From: Lobosporangium transversale
Taxonomy: Eukaryota
DNA length: 64,000 bases
Assembly (NCBI RefSeq): GCF_002105155.1
Contig: NW_019029012.1
Coordinates: 1 to 64,000 of the forward strand
Reading direction: 5' to 3'
The notes beneath the pieces are model-generated. The model had not been told where the DNA came from and did no database searches. It worked only from the letters and a program-made list of their open reading frames with translations. Every line of letters begins with the position of its first letter. The stretch's first letter is position 1. The translations under genes were made by a program, and so were the position numbers. Below are positions 36,233 to 49,546 of this stretch, in pieces.

Positions 36233-39200
36233 TTATTTGAGCACGAGCCACGTCCATGCAAAGAAATGACTTTACAGCTGAACGCACGCTGTAATCATGG
36301 ATGTGTCACGTGTAGACGCTGACAATGCAGGAAATGAACGCGCTTTTTCCAATCAGGTCACACAACGTATAAAAAGCTTACCTCTCCTCTCTCTTTCTCT
36401 TTTCTTTCCTCTCTTTCACTCCACGCCACCTCCATCATTTCCGCTTTCACGTCAACCTTGCATCATCAAGATCTCTCTCTAAAATTACATGGCTTCTTCT
36501 CCAACCCTAGTACTGATCCTACTTTGTCCACTCACACCCCCCCTCCTTCACCTCCTTTTTTCCCATCCTCCAACTTGCTAAACTCCCTATCAACACCATC
36601 TTCAGCTACCTTCCGTTTGCTAGGGGCACCACATGAAATGTCGCTGGTTTCACCCCCTTTTCCGTCTTTGAGCCTCCTGAGCTGGCCGATATGACTGCAC
36701 ATCAGTTGCCGAAGAAGAGCCTGGCGGCTTGTTCGCTGCTCTTGCCACAATTTAATTCGACTTCCTCCGTTGGGACCAGTTGAGTACAGCGGAACGCCAC
36801 ATCCTTTATTGGCGTTGAGTTCGATGGATCGAATCAGAAAATGAGTGCCGCCACCAAGATAATACAGTTACGGTGTCCTTGGTTCCAGAATATGAGCGGT
36901 ACTGCGCCAACATCCTGGGAATGCCTACCTCACCTCCAGTTCCTCCTTTACAGGAACGCCATGTCCATGGGGTCTTGCCTTCCGGTATCGGGTATCAGAG
37001 CTCCATTTCTCATCGTCCTGGAGCCCATGAGGCAAGCCTCCACCTCTCTATAACTTCCTGAGGCTTGGGAGTGCACCTCTGAGGCACTCCCATTTTTATT
37101 CAAAAGATCAAGCTATTACGTAATGGCTATGGCGAGGTCCCAACAAGGGGACTCGCCCGGCAGCCGTAATCCGTCCTTCAGCAGCGTAATGAGCCTCGCC
37201 AAGCATGTGCCCAGCCCCGATACATTTCTTCTTCCATTTGGTGGCTGGGGCGAGCGCATCACATCGGCAATCAAGGACTTCGTTTGCCTTACTGCGCAAA
37301 GCTGAAATATCGTGGCTCCATCTTCAGCAGTAAGGACACCAAGAGAGCCTCGAAACCATGGCCCGGCGGGGTGTTGTTGAAGCGTTTTATGGGAATCGAT
37401 GCAAAAGGGCCAAGGAGGTCAAGATGTTTATCGTCGCCAGGTGGGGTCCTTTTATTGGGGCTCCACCATAACCGCGACATAATGTTTTGACCTCATGAAT
37501 AAAAATGGAAGCGCCCCTCGGTACGCTTCCAAATAACAGTCGGAGGCCGTGGCGTTATCGTCACATGGTTATGCACTTAGCTACTCAGCCCCATTAAACG
37601 TAGCCTGTGTGATAATTAAAGAGATGAACGTGTCTCATTGACGATTCGTCGCTCCCGACGAAGCTAAATAACTAAAGCAGCCATGCTCTCACGGGCCTCA
37701 GGATCCAACAGAGCCTGAGAGCTATGCGCTGCTGACGCATTCGCATCTGGCATCATGTGTAGCCAGGTGTAGACATGCACGTCAATCTTACTGGGGGAAT
37801 TATATCCATAGAAAGTAATATAAAATGAACAATGAACAATGAACAATGAAGAATAAACAAAAACAAATAAACAATAAAAATCGCTCGCCACCAATATAAA
37901 CAAGCTTGTAAAGGCCTGTCAAATAGCTAACGTTATTTGAGCACGAGCCATGCTGATTGCCAAACGACTGGTACTAAAACGTTGCACGCACACAGCGGAT
38001 TGCCAAGATGATCGCAATCATATCCACATATTGGTCCTGACATGGGGTAATGAACCAAGAAATGCGTGCGCAGCAGAAAAGGATAGGGATAATCCTCATT
38101 TGATCAACTTTGCCACATCACAAGTGTATAAAGTGCTCGCTTGTTTTTTTTTTTTCCTTTCTCTTTTTACACCCAGATTCACATCTATCATCCGTTTCCC
38201 TTTTGTCCTAACACCATAGCAACATGGCTTCTCCGCCTCTTCTCTATTTTACTTCTCGTCACCTTCCTCGCCTCAGGCAGCAGTGGGTTTCTACCTTTAA
38301 ACCTCTTTCGCTTTTTTATATCCTCGATGTCATCTTTCAAGATGGACCTTACCACCAACATTGATTCAACCTATAATCTACATACTCTTCTCGTCCTTCT
38401 TCTCCTTCCTCACTCCCCGACTCGCCCAACTTTGCATCCGGGCTGTTTTCCTCTCTCTCTTCTTCTTCTTCTTTTTTTTTTTTTTTTGTCAACCCCTACC
38501 TTCACATCTGGTGGAGGCACCACAGGGAGCGTCATCGACTACGCGTCTATACCGACTTTAAGATTACTAGTTCATTGATACGAACACACAACACATGCCA
38601 AAGAAGGGCCTGACAACTTGCTCATTAGCCTCAACATTGTTCGGCTCTGCTTTCTCTCATCATTTCTGAGATATCGACAGCACGATCACTATTCCAGCCA
38701 GAGGAATAGGCTATAATACCGCTTCAATAGTCCGCATTGGATTTGATTGTCAGGCCCAAATACATGAGAACCTTTGTCAGGGTGCCGCGCTCAGCGCTGT
38801 TTGCACTTTAATATTAGCTTCGTAGCAGAAGCCTTGTGTGAGCTAGCTTGCCCTCTGGAAACTCAAAGCACCTGTCTGGAAACGACTATATCTAGCTACC
38901 AAGCAGCAATATTTCTCCTGTGTTCAGAAGTCTACGTTAGTATTCAATGGATTCCAAATTGATTTCCATTTTCTGGACTATCCATCCTGGCCGTAATCTT
39001 CATGCTTTGGGCCTGGCCATTGCGTTTGATGCCGACTATTGGCGTGGTATTGCGTTCCACTCCCCCTGTCTAGTGCGGTAGCTGTACTTAATGGTGTCCT
39101 AGAAGTATTGGTGGAGAGAAAAGTTGGGCGGTCTTGAGGCTAGTGGGCAGATTATCAGGACTTTCTTCGGCAACTGGTGTGCAAGCATATCAACGGATTT

Positions 39201-40257
39201 AGGTAGTTTGAAGACAGTATTGGACAAAGCCGACAGCGCTCCCTGTGCTGTTACCAGCAGATGAAAAAGAAGTAGAAGAAGAGGAGGAAGGCACTGGTGG
39301 GGAGTTTGGCGTGTCGGTAAGCGGGAAAGGAGAGGAAGGGAGAGGAATGTGGATAGAATGAGTGAAATCAATGTTAGACAAATAAAAGAAGCATATCGAA
39401 TACTTTATTGTCCAGAGTTGCAGAGGCAACGTCTATTTTGCCCCATACTGATCAAAAAATGTAGATACAAGCGAACATGTGTCGCGATTGAGGTCAAAAG
39501 CGGAAAGCAGGAAGAGAAGGATAGAGTCGGGTATGAAAGCAGCAACTCATTGGTATATACTATCGACGGACAATCGTACGCTCTTTCAGCCGTCCTCCAT
39601 TTCCTGCTAAAAGTGATTTCTCTATCCGTTTTTTTTTTTTTTTTTTTTTTGCTGATCAGACCTTAGGTCTAGCACATCCTGGGTACACAGCATAATGACT
39701 GCCTTTCCTTTCAAGGACAACTCTTTCTTAAGCGTCTCTGCACATCACTAGCCATGTCTGGATTAGATCCTACAGTGTCGCATGGGATTTTACGTGGGCT
39801 CTTCTAAACTACCTTCTCACTCTACTAATGACTACCATTCGCTTCGCCTCTACCAGTAAGAAGAAATAAAGTCAGAACACGAACAGTGCATATGGAGCGA
39901 GAGAGAGATGAGGGCTTTTAGGAATGGAGCTTTTTTAAGGAGTGTTACTTTACTCTTGTAAAACGTTTGTCTCCAGAGTCAGGGAGTGAGTGATGACCAA
40001 GACGTGGGCCTTTGAACGTTAGCATTGCTGTACAACAGCTATTTAGTCCAGTTAAATATGCAAAAAAAAAAAAAAAAAAAAAAATTCTTTATGTGTGGTA
40101 CTGAAAGGGCACATTTATGCAAATATTGATAGGCTCTGCAGTCCAATGTATAGAACGTGCGACATAAAGCAGCCTTGAATAAAGAAAAATAAAGGTAAAA
40201 GGTCAAGCTAACGATGAATGCTGGGTCCATGATTTAACTTTATTTGAGCACGAGCCA
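36233..40257 (+). repeat. Three identical copies of TTATTTGAGCACGAGCCA (36233, 37933, 40240) marking a decayed tandem array
   Basis: Exact 18-mer occurs three times. Copies 1 and 2 are each followed by a TATA-like sequence and ACATGGCTTCT (ATG at 36489 and 38224) opening broken reading frames. Confidence 0.8.
37067..37530. mobile_element. Old foldback/MULE-like non-autonomous element with degenerate TIRs of about 110 bp
   Basis: 37067-37175 aligns to the reverse complement of about 37420-37530 (e.g. CCATTTTTATTCA vs TGAATAAAAATGG), differing mostly by transitions. No TSD is visible. Confidence 0.6.
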
Positions 40258-41266
40258 CGCTTTGTCGCGTGGTTTGTCGTGATGCTGTACAATCATGAAA
40301 TGAGATATTGATATGTCTTCATGGTTTCTATGTACGCAATGAATCTCTTTTCATTTATCCTAATAAATAGCCCCGTCTACCATACTTTATATATTTATAT
40401 ATAAAAGAAAAAAAAAAAAAAAGGAATGTGTTGACATTGGAGCAAGGCAAAATAAATAGGCGAGCAGAGCAGATTAGTTAGCATTGGGGGAGGAAAGACA
40501 GGTGGAACAGGTAAGGTTGGAGCAAGAGATCCTTTTTAGAAAAGACAGCTGATAAACGAGTTATTTGGGCACTAACAAGAACGGTTGTAACCGAAAGTTG
40601 TGGGAGCAGTTTTAGGAAGGCTCCAAACTGATGTAAATCAGTCGTGTAAGATATGGGGCCCATTTCAGTATCATATTGTATTGTATGTTTTATTTTTTAT
40701 TTTACGCGTTTTTCTTTATTTGACAGCCTGGTTGTATGCCTTTGGTGGATGCAGTATAACTCATGGCTATTGCAATTGTTTTCCTTGTTCTCTATGACTT
40801 TTTCACCAAGCTGATATACGCGACTTTTTTTTTTTTTTTTTTTTTTTTTATAAAAAAAAAAATAGAATAAAGGCATGAGAGGTTTTAAACTGGTAGAGGT
40901 GGAGTGAAAGACAGACATTGGTAGAGCAAGGGGTATGAGAAGAGCTCACGAAAAAGATTCAGATGATCTGTAGAATCTAATATGGACATGATTAATTCCA
41001 AAGAAAAAGCAGAATTCATCCTCGAAAGGAATAGCAGCTGTAATACACTGAGTAGCGCGTTTGAAGGTATGCTCGTTTCAAATTACATGGATCTACTTCA
41101 GTATCTCAATTTGTATGTGAAAGAATATTATTTAATGATACAAGTTGATAATCTACAAGCAAGCAAAAGTGGAATAAAAACAAAACTACAAGAGATAGTA
41201 AATGACAAAAATCACAGTCTTGCTTGAAAGGAAGTTTTTTTTTCTTTTTTCTTTTCTTTTTTTTTT

Positions 41267-41761
41267 TTAAAAGCCGTGAATCTTGATCTGTTTCTTATCG
41301 ACACCACCCTCTTCAACAAGAAGACTCATGACCTTGGTACGCTGATCACCCTGAAGCTGGATGACAGATCCCAGTTCTTCATCCTCAACAAGAGTTCCAT
41401 TACAGGCAAAGTCCTTCTTGAAAATCTTGAGCATACGTTTCTTGTCAAAGCTAGCAGGAAGTCCTTGGATTGTTGTCAAAGTCTTGCGTCCGTTACGCTG
41501 CTGGATACGAATATCTGTTAAAACAGAAAACAAAAAGAGGTATTAAAAAAAGATTAATCAATTGAGCCATGAGATAATAAATGGAGTAAAAAGAGGTAAA
41601 GAAGAGTTGAATATGGGGCAATCAGAAGCATTCTTGTCAAAAAAAAATAATCAGTGTAACTATGACATAAGGTGTATATAAAAATATACGAACGTCAACG
41701 CAGGAAACAGAACCAAAACGGCCTGTCAAAGCCCTGCTTCGGGAATAAAAAGTTATCATCA

Positions 41762-41792
<31 letters not shown>

Positions 41793-42133
41793 GTTTTTCT
41801 GCTTGCCCATGTGAAATATCTCGCCCCCTCCCCCTCTTACGAGGATTAAGGGGTAAAATAGGGGAAATGAGAGGAAGCAAAACTTGGGATTAAAAAAAAA
41901 AATTGAAATGAATTAGATTGAATGGGTCACATACGGATATATTCCTGTTGAGAGGCGCTGTCGATAGAATTGCCAACATCGGCAAATGGATCTATTCATT
42001 ACAAGAAATACAAAAAAATAAAAAGATATTTAGTTTTCCAAGATCTACAAGATCTAGATTAAGATCGTGTTTTTGTTTAAAAAAAGATGAAAAATCTTTT
42101 ACCATAAGAATTAAAGTTTTGAATATCAGACAT
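41267..42133 (-). CDS. SUI1: Translation initiation factor eIF1; exons 42133-42103, 41991-41935, 41514-41267
   Basis: MSDIQNFNSYDPFAD...YIHIRIQQRNGRKTLTTIQGL...FACNG...IQLQGDQR...IKIHGF. Confidence 0.97.
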
Positions 42134-42445
42134 GGATTTTTTTACTTCTATTTTTTTTTTTGATGAAGAGAAAAGAGTAAAGGGCGTAAAGGGTTGTTAT
42201 ACAGAAGAAAGGATGTGGAATTGTGTTAAAGAGTGGAAAATGGCAAAAGGGTAAAAATGTTAAAAAAAGTAAAAGAACAAAGAAGAATTTTTTATTTATT
42301 TTATTTATTTTCTCAGGAACAGGGTGGTCTCGTGATAGTGCACGTGATAGTGGAGTCGATCTGTTTTATTTTATTTCCAGTCAAAAAGTCATTAGGATGT
42401 TACTTCATTCCTGCTACATCCTCCAATTTTAGCTTCACATTTCAA

Positions 42446-43020
42446 ATGAACGGGTCAAAGGTCGTCTTCGGTAACACCTGGAGCCATTTGAAAATAGATG
42501 GTCTATTACTTTCTTCTTCTATCCTTTCTACTCTTACTGACATTACTTTCTCTTGCTTTTTTTAAACAACCAAGTTGGAAACATTCCATACGAGCAGACT
42601 GAGGAGCAGTTAATTGAAATCTTTAGTGAAGTTGGCCCTGTAGTCAACTTTAGGTACGACACCAGCTTCTGCGCCGGAAAAAAAAAAAGACGGATCTTCA
42701 TAAAAATGAGAATCATTTTAAAGCCGATCTGATAGTAACGCTTTCTTTTCTTTTCCTACATTAGACTAGTGTTTGAACGCGAGACAGGGAAGCCTAGAGG
42801 TTATGGATTTTGTGAATTTCAGGATGAAAGGACAGCAGCATCTGCAGTCAGGAACCTTAATGGGAGAGAGATTGGTAATCGATCACTGAAAGTAGACTAT
42901 GCAGAGACAGATCCAGCGCGTAATGGTGGACGTGATCTTGAGGAGGGTTCATTCATCAGGAATATTGGACCCGGAGCTGGAGGACATATAGCTCCTCCAC
43001 TACCCATGCCGCCACATCTT

Positions 43021-43052
<32 letters not shown>

Positions 43053-43929
43053 ACAACAGCAACCTCCATCTTTGATCCCTCCACAGGGTGCAGGACCCAG
43101 ATTAGATCCACGGATCGCTATGAATGCAAATGCTACACCCCCACTTAACCGTCCACCTATTCCACAACCGCCTATGGCCGGAGGTCCTATTCCACCTCCC
43201 ATGGTGCCACCTGTACCAAACTCAGCAGACGCAATCTCTGCAGTATTAGCGACTATGACACCAAAGAATGTTTTTGACTTGATTTCATCCATGAAGGTTC
43301 TGGGAGCTACAGAGCCAGAAAGGGCCAAGGCTGTACTCAATGCCAACCCACAATTATCCTATGCGCTGTTTCAAGCGCTTCTCATGATGAACTTGGTAGA
43401 GCCCAGTTCGCTACAAGTAGGAAAGCATAACCTTTGATTAATATATATATATATATATATATACAAGCACAGGCACTGATCCTTTTTCATTCTCTTTAAA
43501 CTTTTCTTCATTAACATAGCGTATGTTTCCGGCAGCACAAGGGCCTAAACCTCCTGTCCCGAATGCGCCTACACCACAGCAACACCTTCCAATCCCTCCA
43601 CCGCGTATGGGGATGGCGCCTCCACCGCAGTTTGCACCACCACCATTTGCTGGCATGCCTCCAGGACCACAGCCCCCTCAACCTTCGCCCCAAACTCAAC
43701 CTCAACTTCCACCTCAGCCTCAACTTCAACCTCAACATCAACACCAACCTCAACCTCAACCTCAACCTCCATCTCAGCCAAGTGTCCCCATGGCACCTTC
43801 TCTTGGTATGTTGTGCTAAAAGTCTTTAGTTGTCTCTGTCTTTTTTTTATTTTTTTATGCTTCGCTAACTGTAGGCAAATACATCTTTTGCTTTATGCTA
43901 ATGTCTGCTTGACACCCGATTGCTATATG

Positions 43930-43961
<32 letters not shown>

Positions 43962-44085
43962 GCAACAGAAGGCCTTGGTCGCTCAAGTGCTGGCTTTGAC
44001 ACCTGCGGATATTGCATCGCTGCCAGAGGAGCAACGTGCGAATATTATTCAATTGAGAGCACAGCTTATGGGTGCCAACGTTTAG
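42446..44085 (+). CDS. RNA15: Cleavage stimulation factor 64 kDa subunit / Rna15 (about 5 exons)
   Basis: RRM ([26 protein letters not shown]...[11 protein letters not shown]), hinge ([15 protein letters not shown]) and C-terminal [25 protein letters not shown]. Confidence 0.93.
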
Positions 44086-44288
44086 TTTTTTTTAGTATTT
44101 TTCATTTTATTACAAATAAAAAAAAAAAAAAAAAAAAAAAGTTAGATTAGTAGACTTGAACAAAGCGCGCCACCAAAAAAATTTAGAAGTTGATCTACGT
44201 CACTTTGAATTTTTTTTTAGAAAGTATCATCTCTCTTTCAACCTTCTCTCATTCTTCTCACATCTCAGCAGCTCTACTCCACACCAAC

Positions 44289-44791
44289 ATGTTTTGTGCA
44301 AGTAAGTCAAAGATTCACGGAGCCTTGTAGACGTTACAGGATTTGTTGCAGCAACTTGCTTTTTTTCTTTTTTTATATTTTGACGCTCAAGGATCAAGGA
44401 TGGAAAAGAGAACAATGACGCGATCTTTTGTGATCACATTTAATTAACAACTGATCACGATCGTTATTTCTGCCCATTTTTTTTTTTTTTTTTTTTTTTT
44501 TAAATTCATTTGTTTTAACTAGTTTCCGGTGAGGCGCCTGAGCAGCCTGTAGTATCCAAAAAGAATGGACAAGTGTATGAACGCCGTTTGATTGTAAAGT
44601 ACATTGAGGACAATGGAAAGGATCCTGTTTCGGGCGAGGAGCTCTCTGTGGAAGACCTTTTGGACATCAAGACCAGTAAGTTTATTGGGTGAATTAATTA
44701 TTGTTATTGTTGTTATAGGACCTCAAGTAAAAGAAAAGGAGATTGACATGGATTATCACTCATTGTTTTTTTTATTTTTTTATTTATTTAT

Positions 44792-44828
<37 letters not shown>

Positions 44829-46146
44829 AGCTCCGGGCACGGTTAGACCTCGTCCTCCTACAATGTCCTCTATTCCCTCTATCCTCTCCGTACTCCAGAA
44901 GGAATGGGATTCTATTATGCTTGAGACATTCACATTGAAGCAACAATACCAACAAGTTCGTCAAGAACTCAGTCACGCTCTTTATCAACATGATGCAGCA
45001 TGCAGAGTCATTGCCCGTCTTATGAAGGAACGCGATGCTGCTCGCGAGTATGTCTTTTCTTTTCTTTTTTTAATATGTATTCTTCAACAGCCAAAGAGTG
45101 TGTGATTCTACTACCTCGACTCTAATTCTATTCTTTATTCTTTATTATTATTATTATTAGGGCCCTTGCTAACGTTCAAGCACATTTGGGTACACAGGCA
45201 TCGACGACTACAACTGGGGAGACAGCAGATGTTGCTATGGAGGATGCTTCGGGATTGTCTGCTGAGGTTCGTGAGAAGCTCGAGGCGACGACTGCAGTTC
45301 TGTCAAAGACCCGTAAGCGTAAGCCCAATGTGACAGCAGAGGCTGTTCAGACCTATACACAACGCAAGGTGTTCCCAGGACTGCATGCTGCTCGGTCACC
45401 AGGTATTACAAGTTTGGATCTGGATGCAAAGAATGGACTAATTTTGACTGGAGGCAACGACAAGAACGCATTGGTCTTTAGCCAGGCAGAGGAGAAGGTC
45501 GTTGCAACATTGAAGGGGCACTCAAAGAAAATCACCCACGTCACATGGACAGGACGTTCTGAGGAGGCACTTCAGGATATGGCTTTGACTGCGTCTGCAG
45601 ATCAAACGGTCAAGATCTGGACCCCGGCAGAGAAGGGCAATGGCTATACTGCAGCACACACACTTTCGGGACACACTGCAGAGGTGACTGGATTGTGTGT
45701 ACATCCTACGAAGGATTATGTTGCGACAGCTTCTATGGACTCGTCATGGGGTTTCCATGATCTTGAGACGGGTTCGACTCTTTTATCTGTCCGGTCGGAT
45801 GATGTGACGAAGGGATATTCCTCAGCATCGTTCCATCCAGATGGTCTTTTGTTTGGTACTGGTACAACGGATTCTGCTATCAAGATTTGGGATGTTCGCA
45901 CTAAAGAGTCTGTTGCCTCTTTTGAGGGTCATGTTGGTGCGGTCAAGACGATGACCTTTAGTGAAAATGGATACCTATTGGCTGCGGCTGGAGAGAATAA
46001 TGAAGTCAGTATTTGGAATTTGAGAACATTGGAGATTGTACAAAAGATAAAGGTTGCGGACGAAGGTATCATCAATGCTTTGGCTTGGGATCAATCTGGA
46101 ACATATCTCGGAGTTGGAGGCACTGATGTTCGGTAAGGGTGTTATC

Positions 46147-46180
<34 letters not shown>

Positions 46181-46383
46181 GGGATACTTACTCATTATTT
46201 TTTTATATTCTTTATTTATTTTTTTCATTTAACAGTATTTTCAAGGTCAAAACATGGCAAGAGTTGGCTAATCTCACTGATAACACGGCTGAGATTACTA
46301 GTTTGAAGTTTGGACCATTGGGCGATTATCTTGTTACAGGTGGTTTGGATCGTAGCCTTCGTGTCTTTGGTATCAAGGAATAA
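44289..46383 (+). CDS. PRP19: Pre-mRNA processing factor 19 (U-box, coiled coil, WD40), 5 exons
   Basis: [16 protein letters not shown]...[32 protein letters not shown]...[21 protein letters not shown], then WD40 repeats. Confidence 0.96.
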
Positions 46384-46658
46384 TAATATCTGTCATGTCA
46401 AACTCGGGGAAACTTTTTTTTTTTTTTTTTTTTTTTTTCTTAAAAAAAAGCCTACAAAACGATGAAGGAATAAAAAAAAAAAAAAAAGGGGGTCATTTAA
46501 TTAACACGTAAATTTCCTTTTTACATTCTGTTTACACACACACGCATGTGTTATTTAAGTGGCAATAAACGGTGACTTTTATTATTATTATTATTTTTTA
46601 TTTCTACTCATCAAAAACTGTAGATGGATTGCAGATGTTTATTCATGCAATACTTTTT

Positions 46659-47800
46659 TTAGTCGTGAGTCTTTGAGCTTTTAACATAATCGTTTCGGAT
46701 ACGGGCAATAAAGGTTGCGATCTGTTGGGTCGCTTCAGCAACGGTCTTCTCTCCTGCGATATCGGGGATAATAGCATAATCATGAGCTTTACCGGGCTTC
46801 ATATGAACTTCTAGATCAATACCCTCGGCTGTAGCCTTCTCTACGAAGGCCTCGATCGAAGGTCTAAGGGTTTCGACACCACCGATGAAGATCTGCATAC
46901 GGGGCATACCAGCCAAGGTTGGGGTACGGATAGGGGAGGCATAAGGACTGGTTTGGACCTTGGCCAGGTTCTGAGTATAGGCCTCTGAGAAGATTCGACC
47001 TCCATGATTACAGATGTAATCATGAGGAGAATCACGAAGAGGTTTAGGACACATGACCCAGGGTGAGAAGAGGACCTGGCCAGCAGGTAAGCCCACATTG
47101 GGATAGTCGTCGCGAATCCTGAGTGCCGTTGTCAGGCACAGGTTTCCTCCAGCGGAATCTCCGCCTGTATGAATATAAATATAGATATAAATATAAATAC
47201 ATGTTAGTTTAACGGGAATAATGCTAGTTGATTTTTTTTTTTTTTTTTTTTTTTGGGTTATTGAGCGCTTGTTTTGCTTACACATGACGATCTTCCTGGG
47301 ATCCACTCCTCGACGCTCAACAAGATCTCTATATGCTGCCACACACTCATTAAGAGCAGTAGGATAAGGGGCCTCAGGTGACAAGGCTAAGAAGAAAGTA
47401 TTGGGAAAAGAAGAATCGATTTTTTTGTTAAAACATGTTTTGTGTTAATAGAAAATAAAATTAAAAATAAAAAGAAAAAGAATAGAGAAAGAGAGAGAGA
47501 GAGAGAAAGGACGTTACAGTATTCGATTGAGAGGAGTCCAATCTTGATGTTGTGCTTAAGCTGTAGCTCCTTCATCCATGAACGATAGTTGCCCAGGAAC
47601 ATGAGCGCGTCACCCATCACCATTCCTCCACCTAATAATAACAAAGGAAAAACAAATTATTATTAACAACAATGAAACATATGATTTGTTATTTCTTTTT
47701 TTTTTTTTTTTTTTTTTTTAAAATAAATAAATAAAAATAAATTGAGCAATAGGACCGTGCTTTTGTGCTTTTTTTTTTTTCTTCTTCTTTTTTAAAGTAG

Positions 47801-47841
<41 letters not shown>

Positions 47842-48523
47842 GAATACTCGTCCCACACGATAAATGTAGTAGGAGCCCTTACCATGGATTGCAAACATGA
47901 CAATATCACAATCCTTGCCGATATCAGCTTCAGTGATTTTTCTTTGAAGATCCGACTTGAGTTGTTGTTTTGAAGCATGGTTCCTGAAGGGGATCCAGAA
48001 GCCTTCCCATCCCTGACCTCTGACCTTGAGGGCCCATTGATCTTTAGAAGATTGTCTGAATGTTCCGTTGGCGAGATGAACAAAGAATGTGTTGATTAGA
48101 CCCATTGTTTTCCTTGCTTGAGTCGTATTGAGGACTCTTACTTCCATGACCAATTTCAAGATCTGGATAACGTATCCCTGGAAGAGCGTTTGACCCTTTG
48201 GGGTCCGACCAAATAAATGACGAACAGTCGTTCTGAGAACATTGGCAGCTGATGGAGGGACATCAACCGGGAGTAGATTTGAAATGATTAAATAGATGCA
48301 GGGAAGAGGGAGAGAGGGAGAGAAGGAGAAAAAGAGAAAAGATATGTTTTTAGTGTCGATGGATTAACTTGAGAGTTTCTGCAAGGGCAAAGTTCTTTTG
48401 GGTTATGTTAGCATACTGATATAGAGGATGAAACGGGTGTAAGCAATTGGAGACCTAATGAAGAAAAGACAACACCCATTAGATTAAATGGAGACAAGGA
48501 TCGCCAATCACTGATAGGAATAA

Positions 48524-48560
<37 letters not shown>

Positions 48561-48618
48561 TTTCTCTGTTGACTTGCCAATATTTGAAAGCGTTTTGATT
48601 CTGAATCTGCATCATCAT
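46659..48618 (-). CDS. Alpha/beta-hydrolase, hormone-sensitive-lipase/GDXG-like esterase (multi-exon)
   Basis: Spliced IHGGG oxyanion motif, LSPEAPYP, GDSAGGNL nucleophile elbow, and GGVETL / KAHDY acid and His motifs. The start exon is tentative. Confidence 0.88.
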
Positions 48619-49546
48619 GGAGTTAAGGCAAGAGAATAAAGAGAGAGGGGAAGGATGAGGGGGAAAAAAAAGAAGGAAGAGTGGAGTGTTTTTGAGTATA
48701 AAAAAGAGTAGAAAGAAAGAAAAGAAAGAAAGTAGGTAATAGAAATAAAACAAAACAAACTAGATAAGGTTGCTTTGTTTGTATACAAGTAGCTCAAGTA
48801 TTTCTCCTTCCTTCCTTTCAAATATTTATATACCGTACAACCCTCTTCGGCTCGGTCTTGGTAGTGATATGAGGATTTGCCGCGTTATCGCCATCGCAAT
48901 AATAAGATCTCGGATGTCATCGATCATCCTTTACTTTTTGACACGGTCCTGCCTTCTTGCTATACCCATGTTACTCCTTTAAATGTCCATACACTGTGGC
49001 ACGGACCATTCTGTTGCTTGTGAAAATTGCTGTTAGCTCAACTGAAATATGTGACTATCACATTTTGACCAAAAGATGTCCTAATTTCAACCGCCTCCCT
49101 TTAATAGTAAAATACATCCCCCCATATCCTAAAACCCCTTTCCTGAGTTGACAGAAACAGTCCCAAACAGCTATAAATTCAAGGACGCGACGACAACATT
49201 TTTTTTTTCCCCATCCTTGTGCAGGTGCATGAATTTACCAGTGAAGCTCCAGCTGAGGTCAATTTATTGCTGTTTGAAAACTTTCATCCATACCCCGTCT
49301 TCATGGGAGCTTGCCTCTCATGCGGCAATTTTTGTAGGGTTCTCGGACCCATAACTCTTCTTTCTATTTCTCATAACCAGTAATCAGATAAAACATGACG
49401 TGGGGGAACAATCACATATACATTTACATAATACAAATAAGCTAATCATGCGAAAAGTAAAAAAAAAAAAAAAAAAAAAACAACTTTTATTACTGTACTT
49501 AATCTGCAAATTTTGGCGAGTTTATGCTTGGAATACCCAGCATCAT

